A stretch of DNA of 64,000 bases from Octopus sinensis (taxonomy: Eukaryota), in the NCBI RefSeq assembly GCF_006345805.1, contig NC_043003.1:108748001-108812000 (forward strand), given 5' to 3'. Of the stretch, positions 25,274 through 39,971 are shown piece by piece (within the stretch, counting starts at the first letter, position 1; the number at the start of each line of letters is the position of its first letter). A program made the position numbers and the translations under genes. The notes beneath the pieces are model-generated. The model was not told the origin of the DNA and ran no database searches. It worked only from the letters and a program-made list of their open reading frames with translations.

Positions 25274-27417
25274 TATATGTACTTCCAAGTGTGGATAAAA
25301 CTATAAGCATTTATATGTGCTTTCATCGAAAAACAGGCTTTCAGCTGAAAGTGCGTATAAAAGCATAAACATTTATGTTTTCATCCCAAAGTGTGTATAT
25401 ATACACATGCTTACATGTGCTTTCCCATGTGTATGACAAGCACATGAGAAAAAAGTGTTTTCATTTGAAACCCCAGTTTTTTCTTTTAGCTTGTTGTCAG
25501 TTAAAGCCTCCAAATATTAACAGAAAGGCACCTGCATCCATGTTGCCCAGGTATTTTGCAATAAAATTTAATGTAGAGATTATTTGCGCACCTGTTAAAC
25601 AGGATGCAAACTCCCAAACCTCGTAGTCTTTAATATGAAAACTCCATGTTCAAAGGGCTAAATTTAAAAAGTACAATATATATAACTAAAAAAAGACAGG
25701 GTTGCTACAGCATGGCCACAGAAAAGGATAAGAATTCATCTTAAATGAACCTGCTAGATATAGAATATCATTATGGCTAAGAATGCTGTTCATGTAGAAA
25801 GGGCTAAAGCACTTGACAATAAGTGTCTTTACTTTCATGGCTGTGTGGTTAAGAAGCTTGCTTTGCAATTATATGGTTTTGAGTTCAGTCCCACAGCATG
25901 GTACCATGGTCAAGTGTCTTCAACTAAAGCCCTGAGCAGACCAGTGTCTTATGAGAGAATTTGGTAGATGGAAACTGTATAGAAAAACAATCATACACAC
26001 ACACACACATAAATGTGTGTTGTGTGTGTGTGTGTATGTATGTGTCTTTCCCTAACACCACCAACTGACAACCAGTGTAGGTTTGTTTACATCCCTTAGA
26101 GTAATGGAAATTTAGTAAAATACTTTTGTCATTAAGTCGGTATTTAGAATATAAATTGACAGGAAATTTAGATCAACATTTCGGTTTAGAGCACTTTAAA
26201 AATAAGTTTGTATCAGAGAAACAAGGAGATTAGCAGGCTGGGAACAAAAGGGTTAATTGGTCTATTTATCAAATGGCTAAATTAATCTTTGGCAAGGGTA
26301 TAAGGACATAGCCTACCATGTAAAAAAATCATTGAGAATCAATGGTGTAGTACTTTGAACAAAGTATTCCATCTATGACCATCTTTATCACATCTTTATT
26401 TTTGAACATGCGTCCAGGACGATTATCTAAATCATGTCCTATTATTCAAACCATGTTCAACCAAATGTATATGAGGATGAAAGCTGGGCTCCATAGGATT
26501 GAACCAGGAACCATGTTGCTGTGAAGCAGAACGTATTTACCACACAACCATGCATAATGTCATAATGACAGTAATAATGTTGTCATAGTAATTTGTTTTG
26601 CAGGAGAAAATTGATCGGAGAAACAATTACACTGAGACATATATCAGTTTCATTGATCCTAGAAATTGGAGAGGACAGGTGAGAGACAGGGAGGGGACAG
26701 AGAGAGAATCAGGTGAGGCTGCAAGAGAGAAAAATGAGAGATCAAATATACTTAACCCTTTAGTGTTCAGATTATTCTGTCAAATGTGATTTTTTAATTA
26801 TTTAAAATGGTTTGAATTAATCATGCATTATCTTGTAGTTTAGAGATTTCGGTGATGTGATTTTTTAGTTTTAGAACAACATGGTAGGGCTAAGATGAAA
26901 GGTGCGATCTGGTCAGTTTTAATATATAACAGGTTAAATATTTTGGCCAGATATGGCCGGTTTGAATGCTAAATGAAAGAGGGGAGAGCATTACAGACTG
27001 ACATTCAGTTGCCTTTCATAACTTCCAAGGTGGACTCTGCCATGTTCATTATCAGATCCATGTACTGTAGCTTATAATGTAGCCACATCAATTCATCTTC
27101 ACTGCATCTGCCTCCTCTGTAGTTTATTATGAAAACTTAAACACAACAATCTGGGTGTGTCCTGACGATGTCACAAACTGCTAGCTTAGGATTTCTTCCT
27201 CCACCCTCTCCCCACCACCCATTATTCCAGTCTAAGGAATGTAACACATTTTCTTTGGAATGTCATGACAATAAGTGACATTCTTAACCTCAATTCTATT
27301 CTTGAATTAAGACATGATCCCAAAATAGAAATGATATAAACGAAAATTTAAAAAAAATATATTACTGCATTCTGATTTCTCTTTAATCTGAATTATCTAT
27401 TTCTTCTGATGTAGGAG

Positions 27418-27448
<31 letters not shown>

Positions 27449-29811
27449 AAAGGGTGGTGGTGGAAAGAGGAATGAAAAAAAATAAATATTGGAATATTAA
27501 TAGTTAAAAAAATTTTATTCATTCATTATACGTTCATACTTCATGTGGATCTGAATAATATATTTTTACTTATGAACCCCTTTAATTCTTATTTCACTTG
27601 GATGGACCCCACCATAGCCATGCCATGTTTAAAAACACCAATTATACTTTTATAATGGAATATTATAAGGAATCATCTCAAGACAAGCTGCATGGTTTCA
27701 AATAAAATCACAGACTGAAATTAAGCTGCAAAATGTCAAACCAAGTCACAGGGTTTTGAGCCAAGCTACACGACAGACGAGCACAACTCCTAAATTTTTA
27801 AGTAAATGGGAATATATAAATACTGTAGAGTATTTAATATGGTAGTCTACCATTTCTGCTAACTCACTGACCTTAAAACACAAATAATTTCTCCACCACC
27901 ACTATCAAAATTAAGTTTCAACATTATGTAATATCTTTATGAGTCATAAATATAACTTGGTAAAAAGAAGAATAATGAAATCATCAAATGCTAACAAAAC
28001 CCACACTTTATTTTCCCACCTTCCTTCATATTTATGTCTTAGATTTTGAGTACATTCTAAATGAGTAAGGCAAGTGTAGGACTCAATTTTGGCCACAATA
28101 ACATGCAGTGTCACAGTGAATGAGGTAAAGATGAGGTGCAGTTATTATTACTGCCGTTGTACCTATCCCCAATTCCTCAATAGACTATAATATGTGTATA
28201 TCTGTATGGGGGTGGGTTTTACAAGTTTTTAGGATATGTAGGCGCAGGTGTGGTTAAGAAATTTGCTTTCCATCAAAAAATGGTTCTGGGTTCAGCCCTA
28301 CCGTGTGGCACCTTGAACTAGTGTCTTTTACTATAGCCCTCCATCTATCCATCTTGCATCCATCAATCCATCAATCTACCTATCTTGCATCCATCCATCT
28401 GCCTCATCACTTCCTTATTTACTCCTTTCTCTCATTCATTCTCTGTTACCACTCTTTGCTTCCTCCTTCAACAATGGCAAAACTGCTCTCCTTAGTTTGT
28501 CCTCCTCTGCAATTGTTACATTGCACTTCCCCCTCCCCCTCCCCTCACATTTGCTACATCCTAAGATTCCTCTCTTTCATTTAGTAAGCTTATCTACCCC
28601 TCTTCTTCCATTCAATTTTATTGCCCTCACTCCTACTTAATTAAAAAAAACCCCAGAAACCTTAAATTCTATACACTTTATCACCAATTAAAAAGAAAAA
28701 TTAAGATTTCAATCTGCTATTGTGTGATCTCAGTCCCAAACCTAATAAGGGGATTATGGCATGTAAAGGATGTAGAGTTCAAATTCCCCGTGACCAATAC
28801 TACAACATGATTGAAGCTAAAAGATGATCTCCATAATCCATTGCTATTTCTGCAAACTTAACACCACAATTTCATTTGTAATGAATTCTTCTAACACTCA
28901 TCCTCTCCCTGAATAACAAAAACCCAACCAGAAAATGAAGAAGAAAAATATCAAAGAACAATAAAATGGAGAAAACGCAAAAAAAAAAGAAAAAAAAAGA
29001 TTAAAAAGAATCAATTATGTTCCATCCATCCTTTAATGGGTTTCAATGTTGCATTCCTGTACAGAGATGCATGTAGAGGGGAGGGGAGGGAGGTGGCACA
29101 GACCTCTTGTCTCTTTATGCAAACATCCTTCAGGCAGGCCAATCAATACGTCCTCGATCTTTTTATTGCTAATTCAAACTGACCCTTAAATTCTAAAGGA
29201 GTTTTAGACAGAGAATCTGAGAACAGTAAATAACAGGAGGATGGGGGAGGTGTGGGAAGAGGAAGTGGCTTGGATGCAAAGGTGGATAGCCTGGTCTTGC
29301 ACCTTCAATTCCTGATTGAGCTGTAGGTGAACCATTCGGACATTGCAGGAGGGTCAATTCTGGGGACCTCCATCTACCACCATGACATGCCATGCTACAA
29401 GTCATTTCAGAGAGAGAAAGGGCGGGGGTTCAAAACTGGATCGACATTTTGTTAGTCCTGAAAGGATGAAAGACAAAGTTGGGTTTATTTCTATTTTTAT
29501 GGGGTTAATGTGATAGTAAAACTCCAGCTAGAAAATGGCACCAGACCATGGCATCAAGCAGCATTGTCTGATCATTTGAAACCGATTCCTTTCCCAACAG
29601 CTAGGTGGTCTGAAACAAGAAGAGCTAAGTGAATGATTTTAAAAAAAATACACACAAGAATTTCATGTAGTAAATATGAACTGAAGATCTTTGAGTCAAT
29701 AGTCCAATAATCCACTCGACTGTTTATCATGATAATCTAGTCAATAAACAGACCTACAACCTCACAGTTAATGTGTTTTTAAATGTAAAGTAAAGTAATG
29801 GAAAATATCTT

Positions 29812-30175
29812 TATCTTTTACTTGTTTCAGTCATTGGACTGTATCCATGCTGGTGTACCTTTGAAGGGTTTGGTTGAACAAATCAATACCAGTCCTTTAT
29901 TTTTTAAACCCTGATATTTTTTCCATCACCCTCTTTTGTTTATCCTCCAAGTTACAGGGACATAAACAAACACTGGTTGCCAAGCATGAGGGTGGGGACA
30001 AACACACACACATCATAGAATTCTTGCAATTTCTGTCGATTAAATCCATTAAGAAGGCTATGAGTGACCCAGAGCTATAGTAGAAGACACCTGCTGAAGG
30101 TGTCATGCAATGGGAGTGATCCTCAAGCTATGTGATTGGGAAGCGAGCTTCTTACCACACAGCCATGCCCGTGCT
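29812..30175 (-). mobile_element. Family A SINE
   Basis: Tail cttttacttgtttcagtcatt to head cttaccacacagccatg. Confidence 0.8.
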
Positions 30176-31129
30176 TGCATACAAAATACATAAAGAAAAA
30201 TAAACAAGTAAAATTCAAGAGATGTAAACTATTTATGGACAAGACACTTTACAGAAACTTCTCTGTCAAAGCCATGCAAACACGGTAAAATGGTGGTAAA
30301 AATTACTGACTCACACACACACTGCTTGAATGGCTTATTGATGTCATTATTTCAAAGTTCTCTTACTAGAACAAAAAGTCAATACCTGTAATATGCTGAG
30401 GTTTAAATCAAGCACATCTAAGATAGTCAGGTCAGATCAGTTGGCATGCACCACTGCAGCATATCGATGCATTCACCATTTGTCGGTATTTGCTCAAGTT
30501 GTACTGGGTAACCCTCTGAGCAGTGTCCCAGTCAATTCTCATCTCCGCAAGACACTTTCCCAAACTGTCATATCTCTGTGGCATGTGGCTGACCAACATG
30601 AACCCCAGCTGGACCCTCAGGGAGAGAGAACATAGTAAAAAAGATCCAGTTCAGAAAATAGAGCAACATTATGAAACGGGATGAGCTGATGTCCCTGAAT
30701 CATACAAATAACAGGAGGCATCACCAGTTTCTAAATGCAGTCTCATTTCACTGGGACCATGTGACATGTGGCTGACCAGAGACCAGAACCTTTGTCTTCC
30801 TACCTAGGTTTGCCTAAGAAGGTGAATTTATAATGTAGCCTGACTTTTCCTATCAAGCATCAACTTTTGGATCACAAATCTGTTCTCTTCATCTGTTGTT
30901 AACAACCAAGTTTAACCCTTTTCAGATCAACTAGCCTAAGATCACCTAGGGATCTATGGTACAAACTTCCCATTTTAAAGTGACCTAAATTAAAACCATT
31001 AAAACCGTCCATCAAAATTTATGTTAATTGTTCCAAATATCAGCTTAATATAACAAGGTTATAATAAGTTCCAAAATTAACAGAAGCAAAGGCAGTGTAT
31101 TTTTACCAGAAATATAGTAACTGAAATGT

Positions 31130-31470
31130 TTATCTTTTATATTTTACTGGTGCCAGTCATTAAACTGTAGCCATGCTTGGGAACTTCAGTTGAATGAATT
31201 GACCTTAGTACTTATTTTTCAGTGTGGCACTTATTCTATTAGTCACTTTTGCCAAACTGCTAAGTTACAGAGACAAACACACCAACACTTATTGTCAAGT
31301 CACAGTGGGGAAAATACACACACACAAACAAGCTTCTTTCAGCTTCTGCCCACCAGATCTACTCAGAAGACTTTGGTTGGCTATAGTAGAGGGCACTTGC
31401 CAAAGGTGTCATGCAGTGGGCCTGAACCCAAATGAGAAGCAAACTTATTACCATACAGCCACACCTGTGC
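31130..31470 (-). mobile_element. Family A SINE (degenerate)
   Basis: Same head and tail motifs as the other family A copies. Confidence 0.75.
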
Positions 31471-34440
31471 TTTCATTTTAAAACATTCTTGAAGAGGAAA
31501 AGAAACCTCTTCAAACATGAAGAAAACAAAAAAACAAATTGAATTTATAAATATACATTAGTAGAGAAGTAAAATAAACTAAATGGAGTGGGTTTGAAAA
31601 GAACAACAACAAAAAACAAAACAGTAAACACTTTTCATACTGACGCATGCATAACACAATGCCCAGAATGAGTGAGTTTGAGTGTGTGTGTGTGTGTGTG
31701 TGTGCCAAGTTTCAAAGCTTCGTCTTGAAGCAGGAACTACTTCAACTTACCTTATACTATAAATGCACTTTGTTTCATCATCAGTGTTAATAAAATGTTG
31801 CGTGGCTTCGACTTTGGCACAAGATTCAAATGCTTTCTGCATTGTCATGGCAGCATGGAGTCTCAATGTTTCCTTCATTTGATCCTCATTAATATTAGCC
31901 ATTGTTGTCTAATTATACTGCCTTGTTTTAGTTTACTTTTCAAGTCTTATTATAAATTAAAAATCAGGAGTAGGAAGGGAAGGAGGAGGAGATACATAAA
32001 TAATAAAGAGGAGGAGTAGTGAATGCAGAAAAAAGCAACAGAAAACACAACTTATTTTTCACTTTGAATTGTTAATAATTTGCGAGAAGAAAATTGCCTG
32101 GTAAAATCTTGGGTTTAATAAATTGAAATATAATTGCAAACAAACAGAAAATTTATGACAACAAAAATGATGGTGACGATTTTTGTAAATATTAGTTATT
32201 GAGTTAGTTTTCTATGAATTTGTAAGATCTTATGTTAAAAAAAAAATTATAATATGGAAATCAGATTTGTAAATAATAATAATAGAATAATCTAAATGAT
32301 AATTGCTGTTTTTATGTTTTGAGAATAAGCTTCTTATAATATTTGAAATGAATTGAGAAAGAAACTGTAATAGCAAACCATAACCATTGTCAATATTAAC
32401 ATTTACAATGATATGTTTGCCTCAAGGGCAGAGAAAGAGCAGTTACAAAATTTATACTGGAACCACAAAAATGAAAAGAAACTATAGATGTATTCAATAG
32501 TAACAACACAGCTGCAACTTCAGAAAAAGAAATATAATAATAATAATAATAAAAATAATGATGATAATAATAATAATAATAATACAGAATCTGTGTAAAA
32601 TTTATTTAAAAAAATGAAAATGAACAAATTAAAATAGAAAAGGGAGGGGGAGATCAGTAACAAACTAATACAGAAAACAGCAAAAATAAACTTAAAAAAC
32701 CATGAGATTAATAATAAAAAGAGGAGGAAGTTGATGTGGAGTAGGATAGAATTGTCTTCTAGAATTTCAAGAGTAATGCTAGTTCTCCACCACCACCAAG
32801 TCAGAAAACTGCCACAACACCAACAACAGGAGACAGCAGGAAGATGATGACAAGGAAGACGAAGAGGAATTCTTGTCACAATAAGAAATCAAAAGAAATG
32901 TTTCATGGAGCAAGAGATGGAGGAAGGCAGTGAGCGGGAGTATCGGTGCACACATGCAAGCAGGTGCATATGCATGTGTGTTCGAGAGATTTCTAACAAA
33001 TCTGAAAATTCATTAACAAATATTAGCGGCTTTGGAGAGAGAAGGTATTAATGAATGAATCAATTAATAGATTAATTAATTGAAAAGGAAGGGATAGTGT
33101 GTCTTAAACACAAATGATGACGTTCATGATTATGGGCGAGTTTTGGGTTTTTTCCCCCATTGTTTGTTTATTTTTCTCTCCCCATACTTCGAACCATCTC
33201 CTCATACCTCTTTGCTGACATTGATATTATAAACTTACTCATGCATTATTAATGTCGTATTGTCTCCCTCCCCACCACATGGTTACATGTTTTGTATCAT
33301 GTATTTTCTCTGTTCTTCTTTGTTGCTCGCTCCATGAGTGATTGCATGTTTATGTTATGCATGTATGCTTTTGCCGGGTGTTTATGTTCTGCGTTGTGTG
33401 TTTACGCTTATTTATGCTGCATTTGTTCATGTTTTCCGTTCCGTGTGTCTGTACACATCTGCGTATTTATGCCATGCATGTTTATGTTGTGTGTTTGCTG
33501 CTGCAAGTGTTTATGCTTTGTTATGTGTGTTTGCATTTTGTACACACGCATCCTTATGTTGGGTGAAGTGCATGTATGTTTATATCGTTGGTGTGTGCAT
33601 ATGTTCAAGTTGCATGTGTGCACATGTTTATGCTGCTGCATCCATATGCATGCCTATGTTGCAAGTCTATATGCATGTTTATGCTGTGTGTCAGTCTCTC
33701 GTTATGTTATGATCCTATGCGTCTGTTTACACTGTGTATCGGTGGTGTGTGTGTGTGACTATTTTTCATGTTGGATGCCTTGTCTACATTTCTGCCATGC
33801 TCATCTTTCTCCAAGTGTGATTGTGTGATTTTGTAAATTAAACAACAAACTTCAATCCAATGACAGCAAATTTGGAAAGGAAAAACAAAGTATTTAATTG
33901 AATTTACTTCAAAAGAAAAGACCTACCAAGATAGGGTTTCATGGAACCAGTAGAAGTAGAACTAAAGACAACAGAAGAAATACAAAACTGAGAAGATAGG
34001 AAGGGGAAAAAAAAAGACAAGAATTAGAGACATTATATATTAGAGAATATACAAGAAAAGGATTGAGATAATAAACACAGCTAAAGAGAAGCCCCAAAAC
34101 ACTGAATAAGCCGGTATCTTGAATATGAAATTAAAACTAGGCTTGTAAGTAAGAAGAAAAAGAGACATGAGAAAGACAAAGAATAAGAGAAAGGAGGGTG
34201 GGAGAGGTGGAGAGGCAGCAGCTGAAGGAGAATTAAATATTGAATAGAAATTTGCTTTCAAGAAAGACAATACTTAAACATCAGAGATTTCATTGGATCC
34301 AAAGCACATACACTTGTAGTACTTTACAAATTTTATATATATATATACATGTGTGTGTGTGTGTGTGTGTGTGTTTTGTTTGTGTGTATATATGTTACAT
34401 GTTTGTATATATTAGTTTAAGATGGCTGGCACTTGGCACC

Positions 34441-34520
<80 letters not shown>

Positions 34521-35119
34521 ACAATAATATAAAACTGTAGAATATGATGAAACTAATTTCAAAATGAATAGAATATTAAACAAGTGTGTGTGTGATGTGT
34601 GCATATATGATTGTATGTGTATACGGGTGTCTATAGTAAACTTCTTTTGATGTATAGAATATAAAAACAATGGATTTAAAAATAATTTTACTTCAAAGTA
34701 TAACCAAAACTTTACTTTTAATAAACTGCAAAAAACAGAAAACAACCTTTTATTACCACTGCTGTTAAGAATATCTATTTTATATACAGAATGTGTTTAT
34801 TGAAATGTTTTTTTCTTTTTTTAGTTAGTCGAGAGGCAGTATTGTGCCTGGGATTCTTTTAAGGGCCCCAAGACTGGTGGGAGATAAGGAGAGAAGGTGT
34901 CCTAAAACCTAACCTGAATGCTTGCAATAGAGTGTATTCAGCTGAAGGTTACCCTAAGTACCCAAGGTGCTATGTGGCAGTATCAAACCAGACAAGGATT
35001 AAACTGGAATCGATTCTGAGAAATATATAATACTACTACTACTACTACTTCTGCTACCAATAATAACGATGTCTTTTATTTGCCACCAGAGAAAAGGGCG
35101 AAGAGGACAATAATAATAA

Positions 35120-35283
35120 TTTCTGACATAAGAACAAAGTAGGAAGTTTGGAGGTCAAGTCATTGATTTATCTGATCAAATCAACCCTACTTATTGACCT
35201 CTAAGAGAGGGATGAAAGGCAAGGTCAACTTGGAACAAATATTGCAAGATATTTCATCCAACACAATTATGCAAATCCATAGC

Positions 35284-35317
<34 letters not shown>

Positions 35318-35740
35318 ATAATAATAATAGTTTCTAATTTAGATACAAGGCCAGCAATTTTGAAAGGAGGAGATTAATCAACAGCATCTACCCCAATACT
35401 TGACTGGTACTATACTTTATTGATCTTGGAGGGATTAAAAGGTAAAAACTGACTACAGTAGGATTTGAACTCAGAATGTAATAAGTCAGAAGAAATACTG
35501 TAAACCATTTTCGCAACACTGACAATTCTGTTAATCTACAACAACAATAATAATAAAAGTAATAACCCTTTCTGCTGTAAGCATAAGGCATGAAATTTTT
35601 TGGGGAAGGGGCTACTCAATTACATCAACCCCAGTGCTCAACTGGTACTTATTTTACCAAAGTGGAAAGGATGAAAGGCAAAGTCAGAATTTGAACTCAG
35701 AATGTAAAGACAAATGAAAAGTTGCTCAGCATTTTGCCAG
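35120..35740 (-). mobile_element. Chain of about 3 degenerate family B SINEs separated by (TAG/TAA)n
   Basis: Same unit motifs as 6030-7985. Confidence 0.7.
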
Positions 35741-38700
35741 CTGAATAACTACAAACTAAATCAGTAAAATGTTTTCATTTAAAATATAACAAAAATTTTG
35801 CAAGCGATAAATCCAAACAACAATTGTACAATGACTGACTTAATAAACAGTATCAAAGACTAAAATACTAGAAACTGATTGAATTCAGAACTTCTAGATG
35901 TTTGCAATAATGATGTCTGGTCCATAGGGATTAAAAAAAACCAAAATGCCTCAAGCTGGAAAGGAAAATATGAATAAAGATGTCTCTGGATTTAATAGAA
36001 AAATTAACTCACAGCTCTGATAATAATTATGATAATAATAATAATAGCAGCAGCAGTTAACTGTTTAATTGTAAAAAAAATAAATAGGTTTCTTTCCAAA
36101 GAATCACTGCAAATTATCAGGAAATTACCAATACGGAAATAATAAATTTTAAAAACACAGGTGCAAAGATTGGGACAGATACAACTAATTGAACACCAAA
36201 TTTAAGTTATCAGAAGATCAATCAGACTGAATGTCATAAAGCCTGAAGGTGATTAGTTATTAAGAACAGAAACAAACCAACAGAAGTCAACAAGACAAAA
36301 TGTCTTTGGAAATAAAATAAATAATAAAAAAATTGAAAGTACAGAATGCATCAATACAAAGTAACCATTAATATGTATTGTTTCTCAACTATGAAACTAA
36401 TTAAAAAAAAAAAAAATTGATAGTCTAAGAAATGAAGAAATTATGTAAAAACAAACAAAATGCTTGTGATCAAAGAAAAACATGCAACTACACTGCATTC
36501 AGGTGGTAAAACAAAAATGCCATTTTGTAGAAATAGCAGAACCTTGAATCCTATAAACTCGTTTATGATCAACAATTATATGTACAAAATGTATATCTTA
36601 AAAAGATTTAAAAAAAAAAAGAATTGCTCTTTGCATTTTCTTAAGCTCTTAAGGTAATAGAGAAAGTGATTTGCAAATCTTGAAAAGAAAAGAAAAAATC
36701 CTGAAGCCAGTTGCTACAAACTTTTGCTGCAATTAATAATGTGTGTGTTTTTTCCTGAATCATATAAATATGTATGTATAAGAAGGTAATCCATTAGGAA
36801 TTAAAATAATCCTGATTAGTAGCAGTAATCCAACAGAACTCCAATGAATATTTTGAAATGACGTGAGGATAGCAACATGACCAAGCTACCAATATGAGTG
36901 CTACTATATAACTGAGATAGAGTCAAAGAGCAGGCCAAGCAAGGGGTGGGGAAACAAAGATGAGAATGGAAGGGGAAGAAAAGAATAAAAAAAATAAAGG
37001 GGGGGGCTATGAAAGTGGAGAGTGAGGGATAAAAAGAATAGAGAATTGTCAAAGGAACAGAGAATAGGGAGGAGATAATGGTTGACAAAACAGGGAGAGA
37101 AGGGAAAGAGATTTTAGAAACATACCTGTCCTCATGTCATTTTCCTGTCAACTGACCCCACCCCCTGTTACAGCATACAACCATAACCTATGAAAAGGTG
37201 ATCAGGTTTCTCCCCTGACACACATATGCAGAGTATTAAAATTGGGATTCCATTGTGGAGAGTAAAACAATGAGAGAAAGAAAGAAAGAATGTAATTAGA
37301 GATCTTGAAATATTGGCAACTTCACTTAGACTGGGACACGGAGCATACTATTGTACGTTCAATCATCATCACCTCACCATTATAATAATCCAGCTGCAGT
37401 GAGGTAACCATAGCACTTTAATTGTAAAGTGATCCAGGAAGAGAAGAGAGTTCAAATTGCAGCAGAACGAAGGAAGGTGACAAAAACAAAAACAGCAAAA
37501 TAAGTTTCTTACAAAAAAAACACTATTTTCTTTAAAATTGGAACAAAGATTATAATGATTTTTCTTAATTAAATAACACTCAAATTTCATCCCCCAAAAT
37601 CTTTTGTAGGTTTCCTTTGGATTTTACTTTATGGTAATGAAAAGAAAAAAAAAACAAAAAAAATCACTAACAAAAAATGTCTTCAGCATCTCTTACACAA
37701 GCATTCACACATTTATCTCTACGCATACACACCAGCTTGAATTTCTGTACACATTTACAGAGATAACAATCCATGCATAAGTGGGTGCATATATACACCC
37801 GTTATATTATGAAGATTATATATACATATATATATATATATATACTCATACACACACACACACACACACACATCTCATGCCACACTAAATTCATATCATT
37901 AAGCACATACAAACACAAACATTAGATAGAACAAACTGATATCCATTGAGACCTCTATTTAGATATGTGGCAAGCAATCAAGTAGTGTGTGTGTGTGTGT
38001 GTGTGTGTGAAACCAATAACTTTCTCCGATTCCTATACATGTTGTGTGTGCGTAGTGAGAGGCATACATGAAACGAAGATGGAAAAGATGGAATTACATA
38101 TGGATGAATGTGTTTGCACTTATGTGCAGTCAAGGTTGCGCACGTGTGTGTGTGTGTGCGTGTGTGTGCGTATTTATTTTCCTTCCTTAATTCATTTTCC
38201 AAACAATATGCAAACACAATCCTAACAACTGCCTTCAAACCAACCGACCCACCCAGCCACCTGCCTGCCTGTCCCTCCACCACTTGCAAAGCATAAAAAA
38301 AGAAACAAAAAAACCAAAAAGAAACAGCAATAAACAATAAGAGCCCCCCCCCCCTCTGAAAGCCATTATAGTTTTAAATTGCACTTTTTATTATTATATT
38401 TAGTTAACAATCACTTCAGAAGTTATCAGTAATACAAGCAGACAGATAGAGGAAGAAGAGTAGGGGAGTGGGGGGGAGAGTTTAAAGACACCAACAGAGG
38501 TAATCTAGGTTGTGATGGAAGCGGAAGGGGGAAAGGTGAATGTTTGCGGGGAGGGGGGGAATTAGAAAGCGTGTGAGGGTGGTGGTGGTGGTGGTGAATG
38601 CTTTGGAATGAATAGTGTATCAATTTAATTTGAAATTTGACAATAAGAAACCAGTACAGAGGTACCAGCTCCTCTTTTGCCTCCCTCGGAGAATTCTACC

Positions 38701-38819
38701 TGAATAATTTAGACTTCTGAAATCAAATTGCTATTGTTCATTTCAGCAAGGAGAAAACAAAGAGAAGTCCTCACCAAACTAACTAAACCCTGCATCACCC
38801 ACAAAAAGTCATTGCCTTT

Positions 38820-38982
38820 CATCTTTTATGCTTTAGTCACTGGACTGCAGTTATGTTGGGGCACCACTTTTAAGGGTTTACTTGCAAATTGACCCCTGTA
38901 TTTAATACTTTTTTTAAAGCTTGGTACTTAGTCTATCTGTCACTTTCTTTCCAACTGCTAAGTTACATGGATGTAAACAAAC

Positions 38983-39081
<99 letters not shown>

Positions 39082-39350
39082 GCATGACTCACCCCTGCAG
39101 CTCTTTGGTCGCCTGTCAATCCACCCTGCCACTGCTAGTATGGAAAGCAGATGTTAAATTATGAATATATGTGTGTGCATGAGCAGATACATACATGATG
39201 GCTTCTTTTCAGTTTCCATGTACCAAATCCACTTACAAGGCTTTGGCCAGGCTAGAACTATAATAAAAGACACTTGCCCAAGGTGCCACGCAGTGAGACT
39301 GAACTCAGAACCATGCGGTTAGGAAGCAAGCTTCTTCCCACATAGCCATG
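38820..39350 (-). mobile_element. Family A SINE with internal (TG)(TA)(GA) expansion and an RTE-tail fragment
   Basis: Tail at ~38820, head at ~39345, microsatellite 38984-39080. Confidence 0.75.
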
Positions 39351-39971
39351 CTTATGTTCTTAATATCATATTCATGATTTATTTTCATCAAAGAACAGGA
39401 ACGGTATGTGTTTGAATGAACCTTGGAGAAACAGAGTTCACTTTAAAGCTAACCCACTGTATTGATGGTTTGGTTTAACTTATATCACATAAAAAAAAGA
39501 ACAATTGTTAGTGATGTAGGTTCAATTCTGATGAACATTCATCATTGAGAATATAATTATCAATTATTAGGAAAACTATTTCAGGTTTGGGAAATAAGAG
39601 ATGTATATTGGGGTGTCTTAATATGAAACAGAGACTACAGATCTTGGTCATGGACTTGTGCCAGAATTTCACAAGGAATCTATTAAGTCTTTTATCTTTA
39701 CTCCATCTCACTATAATCTGAATACACTTCTGTTTGTATTTCTAATCTAATTCCAACACAAGCTATTTCTGAAACTGCCTTGATTCCAGGTGTCGCTGAG
39801 GTTCAGTAGCAGAGATTAGTTTTATCAAAGCAGATTAGTGGGACATGCACACAGCTGTAATATTTACAAATAACTAACAGTCAAAGCCCCTACCAAACCA
39901 TCATGTAGTCAAGACTGTCGAAGTTCAGTTTTATATTATCAAGGTTCTAACCATAATTTATCCATCTTCAA

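Noticed and set aside
26604-26678. Plus-strand 75-nt exon-like segment (ttttgcag|...CAG|gtgaga)
   Set aside because: Contains a decayed family B SINE motif (tttcattgatcctagaaa), lies opposite the supported gene and has no partner exons.
28870-28908. Very strong minus-strand acceptor at 28909
   Set aside because: No credible donor, and stops within 12 codons in all frames.
37126-37214. Minus-strand donor CAG|gtatgt with a long AG-free zone upstream
   Set aside because: The 89-, 62- and 39-nt acceptor options have stops in all three frames and the 19-nt option lacks a pyrimidine tract; at best a poison exon.
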